In this document: positions 17,420 to 27,307 of the stretch, piece by piece
Position numbering within the stretch: position 1 is the stretch's first letter
Layout: every line of letters starts with the position of its first letter
The notes under the pieces: generated by a model
Database searches by the model: none
Told to the model about the DNA's origin: nothing
The model's input: only the letters and a program-made list of their open reading frames with translations
Program-made: the position numbers and the translations under genes
Source: Pseudolabrys sp.
Lineage (GTDB): Bacteria; Pseudomonadota; Alphaproteobacteria; Rhizobiales; Xanthobacteraceae
Length of the DNA stretch: 64,000 nt
Direction: 5' to 3'
NCBI GenBank assembly: GCA_046292265.1
Contig: JBKBRE010000021.1
Location: 2,452-66,451 of the forward strand

Positions 17420-19051
17420 TCATACAGCGTTCTTTCCGACATGCTCCTCCAGCGCCGCGCGCGCATCCCACGGTGTCCACCACGGCTTGAGCCCGAGGTC
17501 GCGCGCGATGACGCCGGCGCTGATGTAGCCGGCGCCGCCAGAGATGGCGCCGCCGGGATGGCCGGCCGAGCCCGCGTTATAGAGGTTGGCGACCGGCGTG
17601 CGGTAGCCGAAGTGGTTGTACATCACCTGATCGGCGTTGAAGGCGCCCATGAAAATGTCACCCTCGCGCATGTTGGGAAGTTCCTGCACGTATTCGCGGC
17701 CGGTGTAGATGTAGCGCGCGAGCACGTTTTTCGACGTCATGTTCGGGCACACCCTGGCCCAGGTCTCGAGGATCTTGTCGGCGAATTCTTCCTTGAAGTC
17801 CTCGTAGCTCCGGCCGCCGATATCCGGATCGATCGGCAGCACGTGCCAGGCGTAGGTCGTGTGCTTGCCCGGCGGCGCCTGCGTCGGGTCGAGCAGGCTC
17901 AAGGGACCGGCGCCGAACTGGATGACCTTCGGCACGCGGCCGGCCTTGGTGTCCTCGTGCGCCGAGAACAGGTCGTCCATCGTTTCCGCGCCGATGCTCC
18001 ACTTCTGCACGCGGTTGATGTTCGGGTCGAATTTCTCGGCGGCGAAGCGCGGGCTCTCGTTGAGCGCGAGGTGCAGACCGTAGAGGCTCCACTTGGTGTA
18101 CTGGAACTTGTCGAGCCTCGCGCGGTAGGTTGCGGGAAGCTGCTCGCGGCCGACCATCTTCTCGAAGGTCTGGTGCACGTCGATGGTCGAGGCGACGAAC
18201 TGGCGCGCGCGCACGGTGCGGCCGTCGGCGAGTGCGATGCCGGTCGCCTTGTTGTTCTCGATGACGATGCGGTCGATGTTCACCTGCGGCTGATAGGTGC
18301 CGCCGGCGGCGATGAAGGCCTCCATCAGGCCGCGCGCGAGGTTGAACGAGCCGCCCTGGCAGAGCTGGTAGCCGCTCTCGAGGTCGAAGGCGCGGATGAC
18401 CGAGCCCATCGGCGAGGTCTTCGACATCGTGTCGACGAGCCAAGTGCCGAACAGCGATACCTTGAATAGGAACAGCAGCCGCACATGCTCGTTCTCGAAC
18501 AGCTCGCGCACGACCTCGAGCGGTTCGCGCGCGGCCACCTCGAGGAACTTCCGGCCGAGCGCGGTCTTCGCCAGCAGCGCCTCGCGCTCCGCGCGGGGCA
18601 GGGGCTCGGAGAAGCGCTCGGGCAGGAAGATCTCCGCCGTGATCTTTTCGGCGATCTCGTTCCATTCGCGGAAGGTCGCCGCGTCCTTCTTCGAGAAGCG
18701 GGCGAGGTTCGCCACCGACTCCTCGAGGTCGCGGCCGAGCACCAGCGCCGAGCCGTCGGCGTGCGCCTGGCCGAGCTCGTAGCGCGGCGTGATGTAGGTC
18801 ACGCGTTCGTCGAGGCCGAGGTCCTTGAACCAGGGCGTCTCGGTGATGTGGAAGTGATTGATCGAGTGCAGGTTGTGGTAGAAGCCCGGCAGCGTCACTT
18901 CGCGTGTGCACAGGCCGCCGCCGTAGGTCAGACGCCGCTCGACCAGCAGGATGTTGAGGCCCGCGCGGGCCAGGTAGGTTCCAAGGATCAGGCCATGGTG
19001 GCCGGCGCCGATGACGATGCCGTCATAGGTCTTCTCGAGCGCTTTCGACAA
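17420..19051 (-). CDS. Phytoene-desaturase-family NAD(P)/FAD-dependent oxidoreductase
   Basis: IGAGHHG, ERR...GG, GGSFNLARGL, RTPVANLY, HPGGAISG motifs; TTG start. Confidence 0.82.
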   Translation of the reverse strand: MSKALEKTYDGIVIGAGHHGLILGTYLARAGLNILLVERRLTYGGGLCTREVTLPGFYHNLHSINHFHITETPWFKDLGLDERVTYITPRYELGQAHADGSALVLGRDLEESVANLARFSKKDAATFREWNEIAEKITAEIFLPERFSEPLPRAEREALLAKTALGRKFLEVAAREPLEVVRELFENEHVRLLFLFKVSLFGTWLVDTMSKTSPMGSVIRAFDLESGYQLCQGGSFNLARGLMEAFIAAGGTYQPQVNIDRIVIENNKATGIALADGRTVRARQFVASTIDVHQTFEKMVGREQLPATYRARLDKFQYTKWSLYGLHLALNESPRFAAEKFDPNINRVQKWSIGAETMDDLFSAHEDTKAGRVPKVIQFGAGPLSLLDPTQAPPGKHTTYAWHVLPIDPDIGGRSYEDFKEEFADKILETWARVCPNMTSKNVLARYIYTGREYVQELPNMREGDIFMGAFNADQVMYNHFGYRTPVANLYNAGSAGHPGGAISGGAGYISAGVIARDLGLKPWWTPWDARAALEEHVGKNAV

Positions 19052-19288
19052 AGGTCTTAGATCCCGGGTTGGAAGAGCGGCCGTTACACTGCCGGTGGGC
19101 CGCGCTGCCGGTCAATGGGCCGCACGGATGGCTGGTATTCCGGTCATTTCCGGCGACCGGCCCGCGCGGCCTCGGAAATATAGTTCGGCAGCGGGGCTGC
19201 GGCATCTCGGGTGGACCTTTTGGCTGCGGATTCGGTACATTAGTATCTACGTTGGGAATGGGCCGGGCGGCCCAAGGGGAGGAATCAC

Positions 19289-20461
19289 ATGCGCAAGACA
19301 TTATTGGCCGCGGGTGCGGCGCTCGTGCTCGCCGCGATGCCCGCTGCGGCGCAGAACAAATCCGTCAAGATCGGCTTCGTCTCGACCTTCAGCGGGCCGA
19401 CCGCCGTCATCGGCAACGACATGCGCAATTCGTTCGAGCTCGCGCTCGACCATCTCGGCCGCAAGATGGGCGGCCTGCCGGTCGAGGTGATCTACGAAGA
19501 CGACGGGCAGAAGCCGGAAGTCGGCAAGCAGAAGACCGAGAAGCTGATCGAGTCCGACAAGGTCGACTTCATCGTCGGATACATCTGGTCGAACGTGCTG
19601 CTCGCTTCGGTGAAGCCGGCCTTCGACTCCAAGACGTTCCTGATCAGCTCCAATGCCGGTCCCAATCAGCTCGCCGGCGAAATGTGCTCGCCCTATTTCT
19701 TCTCGACCTCGTGGCAGAACGACCAGACGCCGCAGGCGATGGGCCTCTATATGAACCAGAAGGGCGTGAAGACCGTCTTCCTGATCGGCCCGAACTACGC
19801 GGCCGGCAAGGACATGCTCGCGGGCGTCGCCTCGACGTTCAAAGGCAAGGTGATCGGCCAGGAGCTGACCACGTGGCCGTCGCAGCTCGACTTCTCCGCC
19901 GAGCTGTCGAAGGCGAAGGCCGCCAAGCCGGACGCGATCTTCGTGTTCTATCCGGGCGCGGCGGGTGTGCAGTTCCTCAGCCAGTACGCGCAGGCGGGCC
20001 TCAAGGGCACCATCCCGCTCTACACCGCCTTCACCATCGACGAATTGTCGCTGCCGCGGCAGAAGGAGCTCGCCCTCGGCGTGCCCGGCGCGCAGGAGTG
20101 GGTGAACGACCTGCCGAACGAGCAGAACAAGAAGTTCGTCGAGGATTACAAGAAGAAGCATCCGGGTCTCAAGCCGTCGTTCTACGGCGCGCAGTCCTAT
20201 GACGCCGCGATGCTGGTCGCTTCGGCCGTGGCGGCCACCAAGGGCAACCTGTCGAACAAGGACGCGGTGCGGGCGGCGCTGAAGAAGGCCGACTTCAAGT
20301 CCGTGCGCGGCGGCTTCAAGTTCGGCAACAACCACTTCCCGATCCAGAACTTCTATCTGCAGGACGTAGTGAAGCAGGGCGACGATTTCGTGCTCAAGAC
20401 CGTCGCCACCATCGTCAAGGACAGCCAGGACAGCCATCACGCCAAGTGCCCGATGAAGTGA
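19289..20461 (+). CDS. ABC transporter substrate-binding protein (Liv/PBP1, aromatic or carboxylate binding type)
   Basis: Signal peptide, KIGFVSTFSGP, SSNAGP, NYAAGKD, YDAAML; SD GGAGG. Confidence 0.9.
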   Translation: MRKTLLAAGAALVLAAMPAAAQNKSVKIGFVSTFSGPTAVIGNDMRNSFELALDHLGRKMGGLPVEVIYEDDGQKPEVGKQKTEKLIESDKVDFIVGYIWSNVLLASVKPAFDSKTFLISSNAGPNQLAGEMCSPYFFSTSWQNDQTPQAMGLYMNQKGVKTVFLIGPNYAAGKDMLAGVASTFKGKVIGQELTTWPSQLDFSAELSKAKAAKPDAIFVFYPGAAGVQFLSQYAQAGLKGTIPLYTAFTIDELSLPRQKELALGVPGAQEWVNDLPNEQNKKFVEDYKKKHPGLKPSFYGAQSYDAAMLVASAVAATKGNLSNKDAVRAALKKADFKSVRGGFKFGNNHFPIQNFYLQDVVKQGDDFVLKTVATIVKDSQDSHHAKCPMK

Positions 20462-20481
20462 TCGGGCGGCGATACACTGGC

Positions 20482-20520
20482 GGCGGCGGCGGCGCTTGGG
20501 CGCTGCCGCCGTTTGCTTGT
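20482..20520 (+). terminator. GC hairpin after the SBP gene (terminator or mRNA stabiliser)
   Basis: ggcggcggcgc-ttgg-gcgctgccgcc followed by gtttgcttg. Confidence 0.45.
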
Positions 20521-20574
20521 CGGCTTACAGCCGCCCTTTGTGAATTGGCATGACTTTGGCATGATCGGCGCGCC

Positions 20575-21492
20575 ATGACGCTGTTTATCGAGCAATGCCT
20601 CAACGGCTTGCAGTTCGGCCTGCTGCTCTTCCTGCTCGCGGCCGGGCTGACGCTCGTCTTCGGCATCATGGACCTGGTCAACCTGGCGCACGGCTCGCTC
20701 TACATGGTCGGCGCCTATTTCGCGGCCACCTTTACGGCATTCACCGGCAGCTTCGTGCTCGGCGCCGTGCTGGCGCTGGTGGCGACCTTGCTGGTCGGCA
20801 TGGCGGTGGAGGTGATCGCGATGCGCAGGCTCTACGGCCGCGACCATCTCGACCACGTGCTCGGCACCTTCGGGCTGATTCTGTTCTTCGACGAATCGGT
20901 GCGCCTGATCTGGGGCCCGGCCGGTCTGTCGCTGCCGCTGCCGCCCTGGCTCAATACCTCCGTGCAGATCCTGCCCGGCGTGCATTACTCGGCCTACCGG
21001 CTCGCCATCATCGTCGTCACGCTGGCGGTGGCGGCCTTCCTCTACTTCCTGGTGATGCGCACGCGGATTGGCATGCTGATCCGCGCCGGCGCGTCGAACC
21101 GCGAGATGGTCGGCGCGCTCGGCGTCAACATCAAGCTGCTCTACACGCTGGTGTTCGGGATGGGAGCCGCGCTCGCCGGGCTGGCCGGCCTGATGCAGGC
21201 GCCCATCCTCACGGTCGAGATCGGCATGGGCGAGAAGATCCTCATTCTCGCCTTCGTCATCACCGTCATCGGCGGCATCGGCTCCATCCGCGGCGCGCTG
21301 GTTGCCGCGCTGTTCGTCGGCTTCATCGACACGCTCGGCCGCGCCTTCTTCCCTGACATGTTGCGCATGATGTTCAGCAAGGAAGTGGCAGCCACCGCCG
21401 CGCCGGCCCTGTCCTCGATGCTGATCTACCTGCTGATGGCGATTGTGCTGATCGTGAAGCCGGAAGGCCTGTTCTCGGCGGGCGGCAAATGA
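20575..21492 (+). CDS. Branched-chain amino acid type ABC permease (LivH-like)
   Basis: AAGLTLVFGIMDLVNLAHG, GMLIRA, IGGIGSIRG motifs. Confidence 0.9.
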   Translation: MTLFIEQCLNGLQFGLLLFLLAAGLTLVFGIMDLVNLAHGSLYMVGAYFAATFTAFTGSFVLGAVLALVATLLVGMAVEVIAMRRLYGRDHLDHVLGTFGLILFFDESVRLIWGPAGLSLPLPPWLNTSVQILPGVHYSAYRLAIIVVTLAVAAFLYFLVMRTRIGMLIRAGASNREMVGALGVNIKLLYTLVFGMGAALAGLAGLMQAPILTVEIGMGEKILILAFVITVIGGIGSIRGALVAALFVGFIDTLGRAFFPDMLRMMFSKEVAATAAPALSSMLIYLLMAIVLIVKPEGLFSAGGK

Positions 21493-22457
21493 GCCGCACG
21501 CTCACCGTCCGCAATGTGATCGTGGCGGTGCTGCTGATCGCGCTCGCGCTGCTGCCGCTCTACGCCGAATTCGGCGGCAACCGTTTCGTGCTCACGCTGT
21601 TCACCCGCATCGTCATCCTGGCGATGGCGGCGGTCAGCCTCAACCTCATCCTCGGATTCGGCGGCATGATGAGCTTCGGCCACGCCGCCTATCTCGGCAT
21701 CGGCGGCTATGCGGTCGGCATACTGGCGCACGAGGGCGTCTATAGCGGCTTCGTGCAGTGGCCGGTGGCGCTTGCCGTCTGCGCGCTGTTCGCGCTGGTG
21801 ATCGGGTCGCTGTCGCTGCGCACGCGCGGCGTCTACTTCATCATGATCACCTTGGCCTTCGCGCAGATGGCCTATTACATCGTCTCCGGACTTGCGCGCT
21901 ACGGCGGCGACGACGGGCTCACCATCTACAAGCGCAGCCAGTTCTTCGAGCCGCTCAATCTGTCGAGCAAGGTGCAGTTCTATTATCTCTGCCTGGCGCT
22001 GCTCTACGGCTCGGTCTACCTGGTCTGGCGGCTGATCAATTCGCGCTTCGGCATGGTGATCCAGGGCGCGCGCTCGAACGACACGCGCATGCGCGCGATC
22101 GGTTTCCCGGTCTACCGTTACAAGCTCACTTGCTTCGTCATCGCCGGCACGATGTGCGGCCTGGCCGGCGCGCTGCTCGCCAATCATACCGACTTCGTCA
22201 GCCCTTCGGTGATGTACTGGACCCGCTCGGGCGATCTCATCATCATGGTGGTGCTGGGCGGCATGGGCTCGGTCGCCGGCCCGGTGTTCGGCGCGGTGGC
22301 GCTGTTGGTGCTGGAGGAGGTGCTCTCCGGCATCACCGAATACTGGCAGATCATCCTCGGGCCCTTGCTGCTGCTGGTTGTGCTGTTCGCGCGCGGCGGC
22401 ATCGACGGCCTGCTGCGGCAGATCGGCGCCAGGAATACCGAAAGGACGCCCGTATGA
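21489..22457 (+). CDS. Branched-chain amino acid type ABC permease (LivM-like)
   Basis: SFGHAAY, YFIMITLAFAQ, VVLGGMGS motifs. Confidence 0.9.
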   Translation: MSRTLTVRNVIVAVLLIALALLPLYAEFGGNRFVLTLFTRIVILAMAAVSLNLILGFGGMMSFGHAAYLGIGGYAVGILAHEGVYSGFVQWPVALAVCALFALVIGSLSLRTRGVYFIMITLAFAQMAYYIVSGLARYGGDDGLTIYKRSQFFEPLNLSSKVQFYYLCLALLYGSVYLVWRLINSRFGMVIQGARSNDTRMRAIGFPVYRYKLTCFVIAGTMCGLAGALLANHTDFVSPSVMYWTRSGDLIIMVVLGGMGSVAGPVFGAVALLVLEEVLSGITEYWQIILGPLLLLVVLFARGGIDGLLRQIGARNTERTPV

Positions 22458-23215
22458 GCGCCTTGTTGCGGGTCGAGAACCTGGCCAAGCGCTTCGGCGG
22501 CATCGTCGCGTCCGACGACATCACGCTCGACGTGCGTCCCGGCGAGCTGCATGCGGTGATCGGCCCGAACGGCGCCGGCAAGACCACCCTGATCGCCCAG
22601 CTCACCGGCCAGTTGATGGCGGATTCCGGCCGTATCCAGTTCGCGGACGTGGACCTCACGCGGCTGCCGCCGCACAAGCGCAGCCTGCTGGGGCTGGCGC
22701 GCTCGTTCCAGATCACTTCGCTGTTCCTCGATCTCAGCGTGCTCGACAACGTGGCGCTGGCGGTGCAGGCGCATGCCGGGCACTCGTTTCACTTTTGGCA
22801 GGACGCGCGCTCGGAAAAGGCGCTGCGCGAGCCGGCACGCGCGGCGCTCGCCCGCGTCGGCCTCGACAAGCGCGCCGACCGACCGGCCTCCGCGCTCAGT
22901 CACGGCGAGCACCGCCAGCTCGAGCTGGCGATGGCGCTCGCCGGCAGCCCTCGCATGCTGCTGCTGGACGAGCCGATGGCCGGCCTCGGACCGGAGGAGT
23001 CGGCGCGCATGGTCGAGATGCTGCGCGCGCTCAAGAAGGAACTGACCATTCTGCTGGTCGAGCACGACATGGAAGCCGTGTTCGCATTGGCCGACCGCAT
23101 CACCGTGCTGGTCTATGGCCGCGTCATCGCCTCCGGCAAGCCCGACGAGATCCGCAACAACGCCGCCGTGCGCGACGCCTATCTTGGCGAAAACGAGGGC
23201 GCCGGCCATGGCTGA
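22454..23215 (+). CDS. ABC ATP-binding protein (LivG-like)
   Basis: GPNGAGKTT, LSHGE, LLLDEP, LVEHD motifs. Confidence 0.92.
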   Translation: MSALLRVENLAKRFGGIVASDDITLDVRPGELHAVIGPNGAGKTTLIAQLTGQLMADSGRIQFADVDLTRLPPHKRSLLGLARSFQITSLFLDLSVLDNVALAVQAHAGHSFHFWQDARSEKALREPARAALARVGLDKRADRPASALSHGEHRQLELAMALAGSPRMLLLDEPMAGLGPEESARMVEMLRALKKELTILLVEHDMEAVFALADRITVLVYGRVIASGKPDEIRNNAAVRDAYLGENEGAGHG

Positions 23216-23915
23216 GCCCGTCCTCGAAGTCGGCGAGATCGAGACCTGTTACGGCCTGAGCCAGGTACTGTTCGGCGTTTCGCTTTCCATCGCGCCGGGC
23301 GAGATGGTGACGCTGATGGGCCGCAACGGCATGGGCAAGACCACCACCGTGCGCTCGATCATGGGGCTGACGCCGGCGCGCGCCGGCCGCATCCGCTTTC
23401 GTGGCGACGACATCCGCGGTCTGCCGGCCTACAGGATCGCGCAGCGCGGCATCGGGCTGGTGCCGGAGGGGCGGCAAATCTTCCCTAACCTGTCGGTGCG
23501 CGAGAACCTGGTGGCGACCGCGGTCGCGCGCGACGGCGGCGAGTGGACGCTCGACAAGGTCTACGGGCTTTTCCCGCGCCTGGCCGAACGCGAGACCAGC
23601 ATGGGCAACCAGCTCTCCGGCGGCGAGCAGCAGATGCTGGCGGTCGGCCGCGCGCTGATGACCAATCCGCATTTGCTCATCCTGGACGAGGCGACCGAGG
23701 GCCTTGCCCCGCTCATCCGCGCCGAGATTTGGCGCTGCCTGGCGCGGCTGAAGGAAACCGGGCTGTCGATCCTGGTCATCGACAAGAACGTCGGCGCGCT
23801 GATGAAGGTCGCCGACCGGCACTTCTTCATCGAACGCGGCCGCGTAGTGTGGACCGGCTCGTCGTCCGAGCTCGCCGCCAATCCGGACGTGCAGCATCGG
23901 TATTTGGGGGTTTGA
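23208..23915 (+). CDS. ABC ATP-binding protein (LivF-like)
   Basis: GRNGMGKTT, LSGGEQQML, LILDEA motifs. Confidence 0.92.
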   Translation: MAEPVLEVGEIETCYGLSQVLFGVSLSIAPGEMVTLMGRNGMGKTTTVRSIMGLTPARAGRIRFRGDDIRGLPAYRIAQRGIGLVPEGRQIFPNLSVRENLVATAVARDGGEWTLDKVYGLFPRLAERETSMGNQLSGGEQQMLAVGRALMTNPHLLILDEATEGLAPLIRAEIWRCLARLKETGLSILVIDKNVGALMKVADRHFFIERGRVVWTGSSSELAANPDVQHRYLGV

Positions 23916-23932
23916 GCGACTGCCTTTCCGTT

Positions 23933-24031
23933 GTCATGGCCGGGCTTGACCCGGCCATCTCGTTGAGGAAGGCACTGCGTTCATAAGCGGGATCACCGGG
24001 TCACGCCGCTTCGCGGCGGCCCGGTGATGAC
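23933..24031. repeat. Palindromic repeat family C, copy 2
   Basis: gtcatggccgggcttgacccggccatc...gatcaccggg...cccggtgatgac between convergent genes. Confidence 0.82.
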
Positions 24032-24042
24032 AAGCGAGAGGG

Positions 24043-27000
24043 CTACTCCGCCGGCTGCGCGCTCGGCGGCCGCCGCACGAAGGTCGGCATGGCACCGCCC
24101 AGGCGGCGGTGCAGCTTGTCGAGCAGCAGGTAGATCACCGGCGTCGTGTAGAGCGTGAGCACCTGCGACACCAGCAAGCCGCCGATGATGGTGATGCCGA
24201 GCGGGCGGCGCAGCTCGGAGCCGGGGCCGATCGCCATGAGCAGCGGCACCGCGCCCAGCATGGCGGCGAGCGTCGTCATCAGGATCGGCCGGAAGCGCGC
24301 GAGGCAGGCCTCGTGGATGGCGCGTTCCGGCGAGAGCCCGCGCCGCCGTTCGCCCTCCAGTGCGAAGTCCACCATCATGATGCCGTTCTTCTTCACGATG
24401 CCGATCAGCAGAATGATGCCGATGAAGGCGATCACGGTCAGCTCGGCGCCGAATAGCTGCAGCGCGAGCAATGCGCCGAGGCCGGCCGACGGCAGCGTCG
24501 AGATGATGGTGAGCGGGTGCGCCAGGCTTTCGTACAGCACGCCGAGCACGATGTAGACCGCGACGAGCGCCGCCAGCAGCAGGAGCGGTTGTGCGCCGGC
24601 GCTTTGGCGGAAGGCCTGGATGTCGCCGGCGAAGTCGGCGCGGATGGAATCCGGCATGTGCAGTTCGGCGACCGTCTGCGACACGGCGTTGGTCGCGGCT
24701 TCGAGCATGACGCCCGGTGCGAGGCTGTAGGTGAGGGTGGTGGAGGGGAACAGCCCCTGGTGGTTCACCACCAGAGGCGCGATGCCGCGCTCCACCTTGG
24801 CCACCGCCGAAAGCGGGACCTGGTTCCCGCCGTTGCCCGGCACGTAGATGTTGGCGAGGTCGGTCGGGTCGCGCTGGAAGGGCCGGTCCACCTCGAGGAT
24901 GACCCGGTACTGGTTGCGCTGCGTGTAGATGGTGGAGATCTGCCGCTGCGCAAAGGCATTGTTGAGGGCGCTGTCGATGTCCTGGATACGCACGCCGAGC
25001 CGCGCGGCGGCGACGCGGTCGATGCCGATGCTGGCCTGCAGCCCGCCTTGCTCGCGGTCGGTTGTGACGTCCACGATGCCGGGCACCTGTTTCACGCGCT
25101 CGACCACGCGCGGCACCCAGCTCTGCAGCGCATCGATGTCGGCGCTCCACAGCGTGAACTGGAATTGCGAGTCGCTCTGCCGCCCGCCCACGCGCAGATC
25201 CTGCGCGGGCACCATGAAGACGCGGATGCCCGGCACCTGGTTGAGCCGGTTGCGCAGGCGCGCGACGACCGCCTGCGTGCTGACGTTGCCGCGCTCCGCG
25301 ATGGGCTTCAGGCTGATGAACAGGCGGCCGCGGTTGACTGACGCATTGAAGCCGGAGGCGCCGACCGAGGAGCCGAGGCCCGCCACGGCGGGATCGGCGA
25401 GCACGATGTCCATGGCCTGCTGCTGCAGCTTCATCATGGCGTCGAAGGAGATGTCGGTCGAGGCCTGGGTGCCGCCGAAGATCAGCCCGGTGTCGTCCTG
25501 CGGGAAATAGCCCTTCGGCGTCTTGATATAGAGCCCGACGGTCAGCGCGATGGTGGCTACAAAGACGATCATCGTCAGCGCGCGATGATCGAGCGTGAAC
25601 GTGAGCGTGCGGTCGTAGAAGCGCAGCATGCGCGACAGCGCGCCCTCCACCCGGCGATCCAGCCAGGTTTCGTTCTTGCTCGGCGGTCGGCGCACGAAAT
25701 AGGCGCAGATCATCGGCGTGACCGACAGCGAGATCACCAGGGACACGGCGATGGCGAAGGCAAGCGTCACCGAGAACTCGCGGAATAGCCGGCCCACGAT
25801 TCCGCCCATGAACAGGAGCGGAATGAACGCCGCGATCAGCGATACCGAGATCGACACTACGGTGAAGCCGATCTGGCGCGCGCCGGTCAGCGCGGCGCGC
25901 AGCGGCGACATTCCCTTCTCCAGATTGCGGAACATGTTCTCGATCATCACGATGGCGTCGTCGACGACGAAGCCGACCGAGATCGCCAGCGCCATCAGCG
26001 ACAGGTTGTTGATCGAGAAGCCGGCCGCCCACATGGCGGCGCAGGTGCCGGCGAGTGACAGGGGCACGGTCACGCCCGCCGCCGCCGTCGCCGCCGCGCG
26101 CCGGAGGAACACGAAGACGACGAGCATCACCAGCAAGATGGTGGCGCCGAGCGTGAGCTGCATATCGTGCACGCTGGCGCGGATTGTCTGCGTGCGGTCG
26201 GACAGTACCGAGATGTCGAGACCCGCCGGCACCCATGGCTTGAGCTCGGGCAGCAGATCGTAGATGCGGTCCACCGTGTCGATCACGTTGGCGTTGGCCT
26301 GCTTGGTGATGATGAGCAGCACGGACGGTTCGCGGTTGAACCAGCCGGCCGAGCGGCTGTTGCGCACGCTCGGCCGGATCGAGGCGACGCTCGACAGCCG
26401 GATCACGGTGCCGTCGACCGATTTCACCACGACGGGGTCGTAGTCTGCGGCGTTGCGGAGCTGCTCGTTGATGCCGATGCTGACGGCGCGCGTGTCGCCG
26501 TCGAAGCTGCCCAACGGCCCGGTCGCGTTGCTGTTGGCGATCGCCGTGCGCACGTTCTCCAGCGACAGGCCCATGGCGGCGACGCGGGTCGGGTCGACGC
26601 GCACGCGGATGGCCGGCTGCTCGGAGCCGGCGACGGTGACGTCGGCCACGCCTTCGACCTGCGAGAGCCGCTGGGCGATCACGCTGTCGGCGGCGTCGTA
26701 GATCGCGCTCCCCTGCATGGTCTTCGAGGTGAGCGCCAGGATGAGGATCGGCGCGGCCGACGGGTTCATCTTGCGGAAATTCGGTAATGTCGGCATGTCG
26801 CCCGGCAGGTCGCTGAGCGCGGCATTGAGAGCCGCCTGCACGTCGCGCGCGGCGCCGTCGATGTTGCGCGAGAGGTCGAACTGCACGGTGACGCGGGTCA
26901 AGCCGAGCGAGGACGTCGAGGTGAGCTCGGTGACGCCGGATATTTCGCCGAGCCGGCGCTCCAGCGGCGCAGCGACGGTCGCGGCCATCACATTGGGATC

Positions 27001-27162
27001 GGCGCCTGGCCGGCTGGCGCTGACGCTGATCGTGGGAAACTCGACGCTCGGCAGGCTCGCGACCGGCAGGAAATCGTAGGCCACCGCGCCGGTCAGGAAC
27101 AGCCCGACCGCCATCAGCGTGGTGCCGATCGGTCGCGCGATGAAGGGACGGGAGAAGTTCAT
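24043..27162 (-). CDS. mdtC: RND efflux transporter permease, MdtC-like
   Basis: MNFSRPFIARPIGT, GFVVDDAIV, GIVKKNGIMM, RFRPILMTT motifs. Confidence 0.88.
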   Translation of the reverse strand: MNFSRPFIARPIGTTLMAVGLFLTGAVAYDFLPVASLPSVEFPTISVSASRPGADPNVMAATVAAPLERRLGEISGVTELTSTSSLGLTRVTVQFDLSRNIDGAARDVQAALNAALSDLPGDMPTLPNFRKMNPSAAPILILALTSKTMQGSAIYDAADSVIAQRLSQVEGVADVTVAGSEQPAIRVRVDPTRVAAMGLSLENVRTAIANSNATGPLGSFDGDTRAVSIGINEQLRNAADYDPVVVKSVDGTVIRLSSVASIRPSVRNSRSAGWFNREPSVLLIITKQANANVIDTVDRIYDLLPELKPWVPAGLDISVLSDRTQTIRASVHDMQLTLGATILLVMLVVFVFLRRAAATAAAGVTVPLSLAGTCAAMWAAGFSINNLSLMALAISVGFVVDDAIVMIENMFRNLEKGMSPLRAALTGARQIGFTVVSISVSLIAAFIPLLFMGGIVGRLFREFSVTLAFAIAVSLVISLSVTPMICAYFVRRPPSKNETWLDRRVEGALSRMLRFYDRTLTFTLDHRALTMIVFVATIALTVGLYIKTPKGYFPQDDTGLIFGGTQASTDISFDAMMKLQQQAMDIVLADPAVAGLGSSVGASGFNASVNRGRLFISLKPIAERGNVSTQAVVARLRNRLNQVPGIRVFMVPAQDLRVGGRQSDSQFQFTLWSADIDALQSWVPRVVERVKQVPGIVDVTTDREQGGLQASIGIDRVAAARLGVRIQDIDSALNNAFAQRQISTIYTQRNQYRVILEVDRPFQRDPTDLANIYVPGNGGNQVPLSAVAKVERGIAPLVVNHQGLFPSTTLTYSLAPGVMLEAATNAVSQTVAELHMPDSIRADFAGDIQAFRQSAGAQPLLLLAALVAVYIVLGVLYESLAHPLTIISTLPSAGLGALLALQLFGAELTVIAFIGIILLIGIVKKNGIMMVDFALEGERRRGLSPERAIHEACLARFRPILMTTLAAMLGAVPLLMAIGPGSELRRPLGITIIGGLLVSQVLTLYTTPVIYLLLDKLHRRLGGAMPTFVRRPPSAQPAE

Positions 27163-27177
27163 CGGAATCCACCCGCG

Positions 27178-27280
27178 GTCATTCCGGACGTCGCGCAGCG
27201 GCGATCCGGAATCCAGCCCCATGCGCCTTTGTCGCGTCTGGATTCCGGGTTCGCGAGCTTCGCTCGCGCCCCGGAATGAC
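27178..27280. repeat. Palindromic repeat family B, copy 2
   Basis: gtcattccgg...ccggaatcc...ggattccggg...ccccggaatgac between mdtB and mdtC. Confidence 0.85.
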
Positions 27281-27307
27281 GGTGTTCTTGCTCCCGCCAC
27301 ATTGGCG

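Noticed and set aside
17420-19051. Carotenoid biosynthesis crtI
   Set aside because: No crtB/crtE nearby; the context is catabolic, so only the fold family is claimed.
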